NCBI GenBank assembly: GCA_038496445.1
Contig: JALMLS010000322.1
Span: forward strand, 1-64,000
Direction: 5' to 3'
Origin: Trichosphaerium sp. ATCC 40318
Lineage: Eukaryota > Protista > Tubulinea
Length of the DNA stretch: 64,000 nt
In this document: positions 1-10,246 of the stretch, piece by piece
How positions within the stretch are numbered: the first letter of the stretch is position 1
Layout: every line of letters starts with the position of its first letter
The notes under the pieces: generated by a model
What the model was told of the DNA's origin: nothing
What the model saw: the letters and a program-made list of their open reading frames with translations, nothing else
Database searches by the model: none
Program-made: the position numbers and the translations under genes

Positions 1-838
1 AACTTGGACACAAAATTGGAACAAGCCTATTTGTGGTAAGCGTAGTTATCGTCGAGGATCACCACATGGACCTGCCGTATTCATAAAAGACGACACATAC
101 ACACATGGAAATTATTATTATGGAGTGTATCACGGTGAATTTAAGCAATATCACAATTCTGGCGAGTGATAAGCAAATGCAAAATAGAATTCGGTTCTCT
201 GGAATCTGAACTTATCAAGTATTTTCGTAATGGCACTATCAAATCAAAGACGGACTATAAAAAGGGTATGAAACACGGTAAAGATGTGCATTACTTTCAA
301 GACGGAAGTGTTGCACTTGACCAGCAGTACTCTCTTGGAGTAAAACATGGAGAATCTACAGACTACGACAAGAACGGAAACAAGACTAGAACTCGTATCT
401 TTTTTGGTGGACATGTTGATGGATTACAACGTTTGTATAGTCAAGGTAACTTGTTTGCTTCAGTACCCGTTGTCAATGGTAAGAAACACGGCCAAGCTCG
501 TTTTTACGAGAACAACCAAATAGTTCGCATTATACCGTTCCATCAAGGAGTAAAACACGGAAAACTGACTGCATATTATCCATGCGGAAATGTACGTAAG
601 GTATGTGAATACAAGAACGGTGCAATGGTGGTCTTCAAACGCTTTCGTGAAAACGGTAGCAGACAAACTGTACGAAATTATAAGAATGGATACCTTCATG
701 GACACACGCGTAACTATGATGAAACAACACTTTTGAATCGGGTTATAGGTACATCAAAGGACGCAAAGTAAAATTCAATTGTACCGATCTTTTTATCTTA
801 AAGATGAAAACTGGCAAATATAAGATTAAAAAGAAGTA
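1..838 (+). pseudogene. MORN-variant (YwqK-like) repeat protein, intronless, 5'-truncated by the window, with two apparent frameshifts
   Basis: ORF 166-771 is an array of 'Y/F-x-x-G-x-K-H-G...YxxxG' MORN_2 repeats. The same repeats continue upstream in another frame (GNYYYGVYHGEFKQYHNSGE*, shift at ~165) and downstream (RYIKGRKVKF, shift at ~745). Confidence 0.75.
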
Positions 839-903
839 ATAGATTTGACCAAGTAAATAAAACCTTTATTCATGTATTTGTTTCGTTTTGTTTTGGTCCG
901 GCA

Positions 904-1680
904 GGACTAAAGGTGAAATTGTGCAAACGCAACTTGCAAACAATGCGCAACTAACAGGTTCACCTGCACAAATGACGCCAAACGAACAATGTGTGCAAGG
1001 AAATGAACAAGTCGCACCAACACAAGCAATAGAGGTTAAAAACCCAGAATCACAAAATGCCTTTAGTGGCTACTTGCTGAATAAACAGCAAATACGGGCG
1101 TAAGACAACATACGATGAACCCAAACAGCTTCTACAAAGGACATGTCGCCACAACAAACAACTTTCTTGGTGAACCATGTTGCAATGCAACAAGCAGCTA
1201 GTTGCTAGAGCTAATTTGATCGCTTCAAGGCGGTATGCCACCTCAAAGTACTTTTGCGTTACTAACTGCGTTGTGTAGTGGTGTACAGTTACGCAATGGG
1301 CGCTATCTCTCAAAATATGCCTCAACGTGCAACAATGGCTCAAAACGTTCCACATGTAGCTTACACGCCACTAAACGGTGGTTTACCCACAGCTATGCTA
1401 TGAAAGAGTATGTACAAATTTTATTCATAAATTTCACTCATTTCTTACTTTTAGTCGCTTTTGCACAAACACAAACAGCCTCAGCAGCACTGTCGCCAGT
1501 CAGAAAACAAGCTAATGGCATTAATCCTAATAACTCTAACAATATGACATCACAAAAGCTGGTACCTCAGGTTGTTCAAGCTGTTCAAGCCGTTCAAGCC
1601 GTCCAAGCAATATAAGCAACGCCAATGCAGCCATCACAACAAACACAGACTGAGCAATCAACACAGACAGTTCATGCTTT
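904..1680 (+). pseudogene. Degraded Gln-rich gene fragment
   Basis: Acceptor-like gcag at 900-903, Q-rich reading with several in-frame stops, and a 9-bp microrepeat gttcaagc(c/t) at ~1573-1608 (VQAVQAVQA). Confidence 0.3.
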
Positions 1681-2902
1681 GGTACGTTTTACTTGTTTCA
1701 GAATGATGGTTTGTCTTTAGTGACCAGACTTGTGTGATGTAAAGAGTCACTTGATGGTGAAAGGTGCGATTTATCTTCAACGTCGTCCAATACAATGCTG
1801 TGTATCACCCTGACAACCTGAACAGATGATATGGTCTTACTTTTAAAGGTAAGTTATCATGCACACTGATTTCTATATGTCCAGTGTCTGCCATTGATAA
1901 CTTTAGCAATGTATAGCAGGCTGTTAAGATGTCTTCGAAGTATCTTGATTGTGCGTCATTCTTTTAGGTCTACACTGTCAAATTGAACCGTGATGGATAA
2001 GTCGTTCGCGTTCAATACTAGTTCGTGAGCAAGTGCTACAAACAGCCTCTGTTAACACTTGTATATAGTTTTTACAGCTTGTCTTTAGTTGAGATATCAC
2101 ATACATCGCATTGGAAAGTACCAGTTTGAACACCACTCTCTCTTTGAATACTGTTTTGAGCATCTTTACTGCCACTTTGAGTTCAACCCTGTCAACCAAG
2201 TCACTTGTTGTTGCTTTTGCTATAACATTGGTGATATCTTTGTTTTCAAAGTATCCCAATGCCTGCTTATTTGTGTCAAGTCCTTTATGTTAATAAAAGC
2301 TCTTTAAGCACTTCAATGGTCTCTGGTGTTGGCAAAAGAGCTAGTAAAAAGCAATTGGTTGTGTCAAAAGGGAACATGGATTCATGAAACAACCATGACT
2401 TCTATAAAAAATCATATTACACTACTTTCAGTTTCGTCTGTCGGAAATGGCTCAAAACAAGAATTTGATGCTGTTCACAAGCACAATTGTTCATGACTGA
2501 TCAGTTCAACGCAACACATTTCTATGTTGAACCAAACAACATTACAAATGCACCATGTCTTTTTTCTACGCAAAAATAACCTAATTTAACGCTTTATAGC
2601 TTTTTTTTGATGTTTGTCATCGTTTAACACTTTAGGTCCGTTAGATCACATCAACAATCACTATATAACTTATTGGTAAGTAAATTTAGGTCATTTGACT
2701 CCAACCTACGATAAACAAATGTAGCTGCAAAACAAAAACACTTTCAAAGAAATATATTGTATAACTTAACAATATGACATATCACCATACGTGTCGCATC
2801 TTTCATCTCATCTAGATGTCAATATGATGAACAAAAACCAAACACATTAAGTCAGAACATAATCCACATCATAATCCACATCGTAATCTGTTATTTTTTA
2901 CG

Positions 2903-5010
2903 ATGAGCACTCGTAAAAGAAAACGTGTAGCCAGTGATGAAACAACTGTTCCTCCTACAGCTGCAGAAGAAATGAAACAATTATCTAGATATTTTCAAGG
3001 TAGACTCATTACGCTCTTACAACCAATTTATTGTTACACAGGCTGCTTTCAGACACTTTTACAAATTACCATAGACCAAAACAAAAAATTAGACGCTTTA
3101 CACGCTGATGTGCAACTGTTGCTCAAAAAAAAGCAAACTGCAACAAACATGGTACACATCTTCCAAAATTTCTGTCGCTTGCTTCTTTTTATCCACCAAT
3201 CATAAAGTTACATAGCCAGCACTCTTTTACAAATGCTTGGCATCTCTTTTGTCGTTTTTGAACAGTTTGAATGCTAATTATTTTATAGCCGTGGAGAAGA
3301 CCGTTGATGATACAATATCTTTGGCTCGCTACGAAATTCAAGAACATTCCAGCTCGAAGTGAACTTGAAATTTCAGTTTTGAAAGTGTACAATAGCTTTG
3401 AAACTTCCACAAAATTGTCACTGGTTGAAATATACAAAGAATTAGATAAGTATAGAGAAGAAAGTGTGCTAAAAAGATACAAAGCAGCTGTTTCAAAATT
3501 TTTCTTGCACTTTCAATCTAAAGAAGAAAAAACAACAACAAGTACGTACTGTTGTTTACACCTTTATCATCACTTATTATTTGATACAGCACACAGATTG
3601 GTTGCGTTGGCTAACATTATGTTGCCTATTTTTTTCAAACCTCACAAAGACGACAATGTATTTTATTGTGATTGTTACCACTATGTCTTCGCTCTTGGCT
3701 CGTCCATCACAGAACGTGTATCAACGTCGTATGATGTTAGGCTAGCTGCAATCAAGACAAAGTATGCAGAGGCTGATTTTTCTTTTATGTACGTAATTTT
3801 GTCTCGTAGCTTTTAAAACTTATTAACAACTGTTACAGCACTACACCCAATTATCAACATCCAATGGTTGTGTTTGAGCAAACACCAAGTTCTGCAATCA
3901 ATAATCAGCAACTTTTTAACAATGAGAACTATTTGTTGCCTCCTATGCCTGCCATATTGTCATTACAAACAATTGGTCCATCAACGCTTGTGGTATCAAA
4001 TACATCACACTCACCAACCCCGTTACAAAATAATTCTGCGCCCTACAAAGTACACTAACCTGTTTTTTGGCTATTGTAGTCTTTTATGCTTGTTGTTAGA
4101 TTGTTATAGACAAGAAAGATGAGTTTTGTACAGAAAAGGATAAGCATATAAGCATTCGAGAATTCTTGCCATTGTTTGCTAAAGATAACTTTGTGTTAAC
4201 GCAAAAAGCTCTTTGGGCATTGATACGATTAAAGTATGATGGATCAATAATTGCACCAACAGATTTTAACAAACATAAAGCGGCACGTAATTTAACAAAT
4301 TGGTTTTTGCGAACTTACATTTTCTTACAGAAGAGTCTTTCCAATCATCACTCTGCAAGTTGGATTGCTCCTGTACCAGTGATATTTGGCAACGATGACA
4401 AAGTAACCATCGCTTGTTCTCCAGATGCAATTGGTTTAGAGTTGGACTACCCACAAACATGGTACTACCAACGTTTGTTTGTTTTTCTAAGTTTTGTTGT
4501 AGGCATTGGACGTTAACTGTCAAAGAAAAAAAAACTGTCATTTTTTTGGGTACGTGTTTAAAAGAACTTTGTTATTTATTAATTGGTTTTAGCTCCTGAA
4601 CACCAAGCTGAAAAGACTAAAACTCTCGTATTGGCCTTTCTTAAATGCAAAAAAAACCCAAAAAGCATTATTTTAAAAAAATGTGTTTCGTCAGGTGCCA
4701 CGGGAGTAGGTATACTTAAATGTATTGATAAATGCTATCATGACAAATCAAAACCAATTGATTACCTTGATAACGCATCTGATGACATACACTTGGAAGG
4801 GCTACAATCACAATTGTTTACATTTTTAAAAGGCGTCAAACATGTAACAGATCACAGCCAAATAATACAAAAATACCCTTTATGTACGTAACATGTAATT
4901 TTCAATTAAATTTAATTGTCTGTTTAGTGGCAACCAATTGTGTTCCTATGCAATGCATAATGGATGAACTGGTAACTGGAAACAACCACTACACATTTAC
5001 AGGCGCTTAA
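2903..5010 (+). CDS. Uncharacterised multi-exon protein with N-terminal basic NLS-like motif
   Basis: Starts MSTRKRKR. A chain of exon-like ORFs (3304-3816, 3864-4058, 4166-4516, 4583-4891) is bounded by gtac/gtag donors and tag/cag acceptors. The last exon reads LATNCVPMQCIMDELVTGNNHYTFTGA*. It may be more than one gene. Confidence 0.4.
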
Positions 5011-5057
5011 ACAAGTACTGTTGTGGATAATAAATAAACAACAATTTCGTAACAAAT

Positions 5058-5372
5058 TCTTTTGGAATCCTGCTTTAAATCCTTACGGAATACCACTGTA
5101 AATCCTTATGGAATTCCACTCTAAATCCTTAAGGAATTCCGTTTTAAATCCTTACGGAATACCGCTCTAAATCCTTGCGGAATTCCGCTCTAAATCCTTA
5201 CGGAATACCGCTCTAAATCCTTACGGAATACCGCTCTAAATCCTTACGGAATACCGCTCTAAATCCTTACGGAATACCGCTCCAAATCCTTACGGAATTT
5301 CATTGGGATTCCATAGGAATAAAGGAAGAGATTTTCCGCTTATAAATCCTTTGGAATTTAACACGGAATCCT
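5058..5372. repeat. 23-bp minisatellite (taaatccttacggaataccgctc)n
   Basis: About 10 head-to-tail copies, near-identical at 5145-5300 and degenerate at both edges, with no spacers. Confidence 0.95.
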
Positions 5373-8300
5373 TCAAAAATACCGATTTGATTTTACTACT
5401 GCATCCTCATCCTCATCTTCTTTTTCTTCAAAATCTTCTTCTTCATCTGATGTAGGAGGAGTTGTTTTAACCATAGGCTTCTTTTTCTTGCCTTTGCCTT
5501 TACCTTTTTTTTTATGCCTGTTTATGGCACTGCCTTCACTTGCCCTTGCATTGGCAGTGTTCTTGGCCCTTGTATCTCTAAAAGGTAAGTAGGCATTCTC
5601 CAACATGGCTTCTAACTGAGGAGCTACAAAGGACATTAGTTTAAAAGTAAACTAGGGGAGAGAAAAAAAAAAAAAAAGAGAAAAGAAAAGAGTACGACCG
5701 CTACGTTCGACGAACAGGCGATTCGCGTGTAGCGCCGAGCGCGACATTGGATGTGTAGTGTAAAAAAAAAAATGGCACTTACTTGCTTCCTCCACCTCAG
5801 GCAAATCCAAGCACTGCATAGACAACAGGGCAGTGTGAGAGAAGGAGAGCACATTGCTGCTTGCTTGTACTTCATTTCTTCTATAACCATCTTGGGCAAT
5901 TTTTGGCCATCTTCTGTGGTGCCGGTCCAAAGCAAGTGCAGGTCGTACATCAAAAGCTGGCGAAATATACACGGACGCAGGCTGTTCGCGAAATTCACGT
6001 GCTCCTCCTCGGTGCTCGTGTCCCACGAGAGCTCGTACCAACCGAGCTCGTTCAGCTGTCTCAAGGCCTCGAGTTAAAGTTAGATGACGGTGGAGGGAGA
6101 AGAAAAAAAAAAACAACAAAAAAAAAAACTGACCGATTGGTTTTTTTTTTTTTTTGTACCTGTGTGATATATTGGCTGCAGTTCTTGTACCTCTGCAAAT
6201 AATAGGATTGATTGGTCTCATGATACACCCTGCAGGTCAGTGCCTTGACAAACTAAATGTACAAGTTAGACACAAACCCTTTTTTCAAAAAACAATATAA
6301 AAGGTACTTGACTTACTGCTATTCTGGCATGGAGAGGTAACTCTGCCCATGCAGCATGAGCCAATATTCTAGTCCTGTAGCCCACTGGATGTTTGGTGTG
6401 CTATGATGAGAGTGTGAGTGAATGGGCGAAACTTTGTACGACACACAAAATGCGTGTTCGAATCCGACCGCGAGCTCGCGGTCCGTACTTCGACACGTGA
6501 AATGCGTGTTCTAATAAAGACGAAAGCCTACGTACCACATTTTCAGCAGATGCAACCAATTCTGCTATCAGAGCACTGTCCAATGGCTCAAAAAACATGC
6601 CAGCCTTAACAAACTGCTTGCTTTCTTTCCAGTTGGTCACATATGGAAAGTATAGATTCATCTTAACCAAAAACTAAACAAAACAATCAGTTATAACATA
6701 CAAATAAAAAAAAAATACAAACTAAAAATCGTCGGTTTTACAACAGAGTATTTTAATGTTCGCACGTGACCGCGAGCTCGCGGTACGATATACGACACGC
6801 GAAACCTCTGTTTAAAAATACTTGCGAAAAAAAAAAAAAAAAAAAAAAAAGATTAAAATAAAAAAAAAAACAACCCTCACCTCTTTCCATTGAGCAGGAC
6901 TGAGCTGAGGTTTGACTCTGCTGGCTCCCCATATCGCAAAATTCACCTTACCTATATCTCCCGCCTCCGCTTGGTAATCGAAGACCTGGCCCGCGTCGTC
7001 GCACCACATCTTGAACAGGTGGCGGTAGCGATCCACCTTGGAGTCTGGAGTGGTCAGACTTTGCAGAAAGTTGATCTTGGTGCAGTAGATCGCTATCGCT
7101 TGCATCTTGGCGAAAGGATTTATCCACTCCACATTTTTGATTGCAAATTTGCAGGTTGTAGCTGCATTTTGTCTGAGGCAAACAAGTAAGAAACAATTGA
7201 ACAATAAGGTAAGGAAAAGCAAAAAACCAGAAAACAAAAAAAAAAAAAGGTTCGTCGTTCGAGTTATTTTTTACAACAGGAAAATCTCGTGTTCGAACGT
7301 GACCGCGAGCTCGCGGTCGGTCGACCGACACGTAAAAAACGTGTTCAAAAATATTCACGAACATACGCCAACTCTGTCAAAAGACAGTGTGCTCCATCTC
7401 CAACTCCAAAGCCAACAATAGGGTCTGCATTGTACTCATCACACCAAACAATAGGCATAGGACAAAGCACAAACCTTTTGGTGAAGGTTTCATAAATAGG
7501 CATCTTTTGTATAATGTTCCTGGGGTTGACTCCTCTGACATTCAAAAAACAAGCTATGTGTGACATGTCCAAGGGGCCTTTGTAAAATGAGGGCTTTTTC
7601 ACTCTCAGATACTTCTTGTTGATGGAGTTGGCAGCAATCCCTCTTAACAGGCCCTTTTGTATTGATGGCTTTATGATGCAGCCATTCAATTTATTGGTGC
7701 CTGTCTTCATGTAGCTACATAAAAGTTAAAAATAAAAAAAATAAAAATAAAAAAAAAAAAAAAAAAAAAACAAAAAAAAAAAAACGACGACGTTCGTTTT
7801 CGAACACGTAGAACGCGTGTTAAAAATATCGCGAAAATTGTTACTTACTCCACAAAGAGATGGAAATCTGAATCATTGCCAAAGCTCAAGGAATCTCTAA
7901 AATGGACCAAAAGAAGGGCAATGTAGTACCAAGAATCTGTGACATGAAGTCCCATGGCTGTGTAGAATATGCCAGTCCAGAGTAGCACCTGCCAATACAA
8001 CTGTCTCCACTTGCAGCTTATAATCCATCTATTTTTTTCTTTCTCCTCTACCTCCGATTCCTCATCTCCGTGTTCTCTCGGCATGGGTTCGTGCTCCTTG
8101 TAATCTCTGGTGTAGTTGCCTTCGAAGTGCATCGGCTTCCACCACTTTTCTTCGTCCGAGGAGTAGATTTTTCTGACGTCTTTGATAAACTTCTGCAGTT
8201 GGTCTACTCCTTCAACAAATGGAAATCTCTCCTAAAGAAACAAATTAATTTAAAAAAAAAACAAAAAAAAAAAAAACCAAAAAGCCAACGATTTTACAAC

Positions 8301-9897
8301 AGGATATTTAAGTGTTCGTACACGACCGCGAGCTCGCGGTCACACGTTCGACACATGAAAACTGTGTTATGAATACTTTAGGAAAAAAAATCAAAAAATA
8401 ATCAAAAAAAAAAAAATCAGAAAAAAAAAAAAAAACAAAAAAAAAAAAAAAAAAAAAAAACGAAATAAAACGAACACGGCCCGTGCGTGTATGTATCGGA
8501 AAACGTACCTTGAATGCTGCCTTCAGCTTGTTGTTAGGAGTTATTTGAGACTCCAACACATTATCAAAGCTGGCAGCAAAAAACCCATTTAGGCATCTCT
8601 TTATCCTCTTGATGGGCATGGTTTTAGCATAAACCAACTGGTTGGCTATGATAACACCTCTGAAATGAATTAAAAATTAAAAAAAAAACAAAAAATAAAA
8701 AAAAAATATAAATGACAGCTACGTTTACGAACATGCGCCGCGCGTGTTGCGTCGAACGCGAAATTAAATGGGTAAAAAAAAAAAAAAAACAACCAACTTA
8801 CTCAAAACCAAAGATAACATCTCTGTGTTCTCCAATGAGAGTACCCACAATTTTTGTTTCAGTGTTGTGGTTTCCATGGGTACTCACAATCATCCAACCA
8901 GGGCTTGTTGGAGCTAAAAAGAGTATTAGAAGATGGCACATTAAATAAATATACAAACACGTTTATTCTGTGTGGAAAATATGACCTCGAGCTCGCGGTC
9001 GGAAACGAACACATTAAAAACGTGTTACGTACACAACGGCAAGCTTGCAGTCAGTTATAAAGCAAGACTTTCAAAAAAAAAAACGGTTTTTAAAAAAGTA
9101 CACACTTTTTATGTGTACAAAAACCGACCGCGAGCTCGAGGTCAGGTACGAACACAATAAACATGTGTTGTATACCGTATACCAAGCTTGCAGTCAGTTA
9201 TAAAGCAAGACTTTCAAAAAAAACGGTTTTTAAAAAAGTACACACTTTTTATGTGTACGAAAACCGACCGCGAGCTCGAGGCCATGTACGAACACGTAAA
9301 AAGCGTGTTTATAATCGTACGGCGAGCTCGCAGTCTGTAAAAAAAAGCAAAACAACAAAAAAATATTAAAAAAAAAAGTACACAATTAAATTGTGTACCA
9401 AAACCAACCGCCAACTAGCGCGACATGCGAACACGCAATATACGTGTACTAATACCGTGACGAGCTTGCTGTTGAAAATTGAAGCAAAATAAAACAGTGT
9501 GAACCAAAACCAAACGAAAAAACAACGCACACGCGTTCTGTGTGTTACGAAACCCTCGTTTGGGTTTGGTTCTACCATGCAAAAAAACCGCATGGTAAAC
9601 GGAAAAATCGTACACATGAAAACCGTGTACAAAAACCGTCATTTTTTTTCGAAATTTATTTGAAAAATTAGGGGTTTTGAAAAAACCATTTAAAAGCAAA
9701 AAAACCCCCTTTATTAGTCTTTAAAAATTAAAATAAGACTAATAAAGGGGGTTTTAAAAAAAACAAAGAGTAAAAAAGAGGTTAGTACCTAGTACTCTCT
9801 TTCTCCTGAGCCTGGGCTTACCATCAGCTTCTTTGGAGGGCTCATCCTCATCAGAAAACTCAATGTTTATGAGAGAGAGGTCTTCATCTGAGCTCAT
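5373..9897 (-). CDS. 11-exon protein (~757 aa) with a ParB/Sulfiredoxin-like motif, acidic/basic N-terminus and KKK/DEE C-terminal tail
   Basis: Manual splicing: exons 9897-9789, 8913-8802, 8659-8509, 8231-7849, 7714-7367, 7172-6881, 6673-6536, 6400-6317, 6252-6160, 6067-5783, 5651-5373. All introns are GT-AG, phases are consistent, and the total is 2274 nt with no internal stop. The motif LNVRGVNPRNIIQKM...PMPIVW...GVGDGAHCL...IAIYCTKINFLQSLTTPD resembles the ParB/Srx fold (DGxHR box with R>C). The gene model is better supported than the family call. Confidence 0.7.
6445..9600. repeat. Dispersed ~100-bp intronic module centred on the palindrome GACCGCGAGCTCGCGGTC
   Basis: Perfect 16-bp core at 6467-6482, 6769-6784, 7302-7317 and 8325-8340. 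Variants at 8984-8999, 9127-9142 and 9267-9282. Shared flanks ttttacaacag...gtgttcg [core] cgacac...aaa..gtgtt...aata. Half-modules at ~7795-7835 and ~9965-9995. Confidence 0.95.
8960..9600. repeat. ~140-bp tandem array (4-5 diverging units) inside intron 1 of the ParB-like gene
   Basis: Unit starts (c[a/g]agct[t/c]gc) at 9040, 9183, 9323 and 9461. Units 1 and 2 are near-identical (aagcaagactttcaaaa...gtacacactttttatgtgtac.aaaaccgaccgcgagctcgagg). Confidence 0.9.
9701..9755. repeat. Perfect 21-bp inverted repeat with 13-nt AT spacer
   Basis: aaaaccccctttattagtctt (9701-9721) pairs with aagactaataaagggggtttt (9735-9755). Confidence 0.95.
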
Positions 9898-10213
9898 CCT
9901 TGATTTATGAAAAGTCAAAAAAGTAAAATGAGGCTTTTTTTCCCCCAATAATTGCGTTGAGAAATAGACAGGAAAATTTCGTGTTTCGAAATGTGCACCG
10001 GAAATTTCGCCTGTTTTAAAAAAGTAAGAAAAAAATGAGAATTTGACAGTTTGCAAGATTGTTGATGAGGTCTTGGGTTTGTAAAAAACCCTATCTTGCT
10101 GTAACCCTACAGGGAGATTGTATGTGCAAAAAACATAAAAAAAAGCCAAAAAAATCGAAAAAATTTTACAACAGGGTAGAGTAGTGTACAAAAAAATACG
10201 GTTGGTACATACT

Positions 10214-10246
10214 CCTAAACCCTAACCCTAACCCCTAACCCTAACC
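10214..10246 (-). repeat. Interstitial telomere-like repeat (CCCTAA)n
   Basis: cctaaaccctaaccctaacccctaaccctaacc. Confidence 0.85.

Noticed and set aside
1700-2600. Degenerate hAT transposase on the minus strand
   Set aside because: Only faint resemblance (CNVC; TCSRTSIER) amid many stops; no DDE core or TIRs identifiable.
5058-5372. CRISPR array
   Set aside because: Repeats are head-to-tail with no unique spacers, there are no cas genes, and the context is eukaryotic.
8160-8175. Suspected frameshift in exon 4 of the ParB-like gene
   Set aside because: Recounting the T5 run shows the frame is continuous (KDVRKIYSS).
6401-8508. Intronic snoRNAs or tRNAs
   Set aside because: No consistent C/D boxes, H/ACA architecture or cloverleaf could be seen in the modules.
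6466-9283. Palindromes as CRISPR repeats, integron attC sites or bacterial REP elements
   Set aside because: Spacing is irregular (140 to over 1000 bp) and the intervening DNA consists of spliceosomal exons of one gene; no integrase or cas gene was seen.
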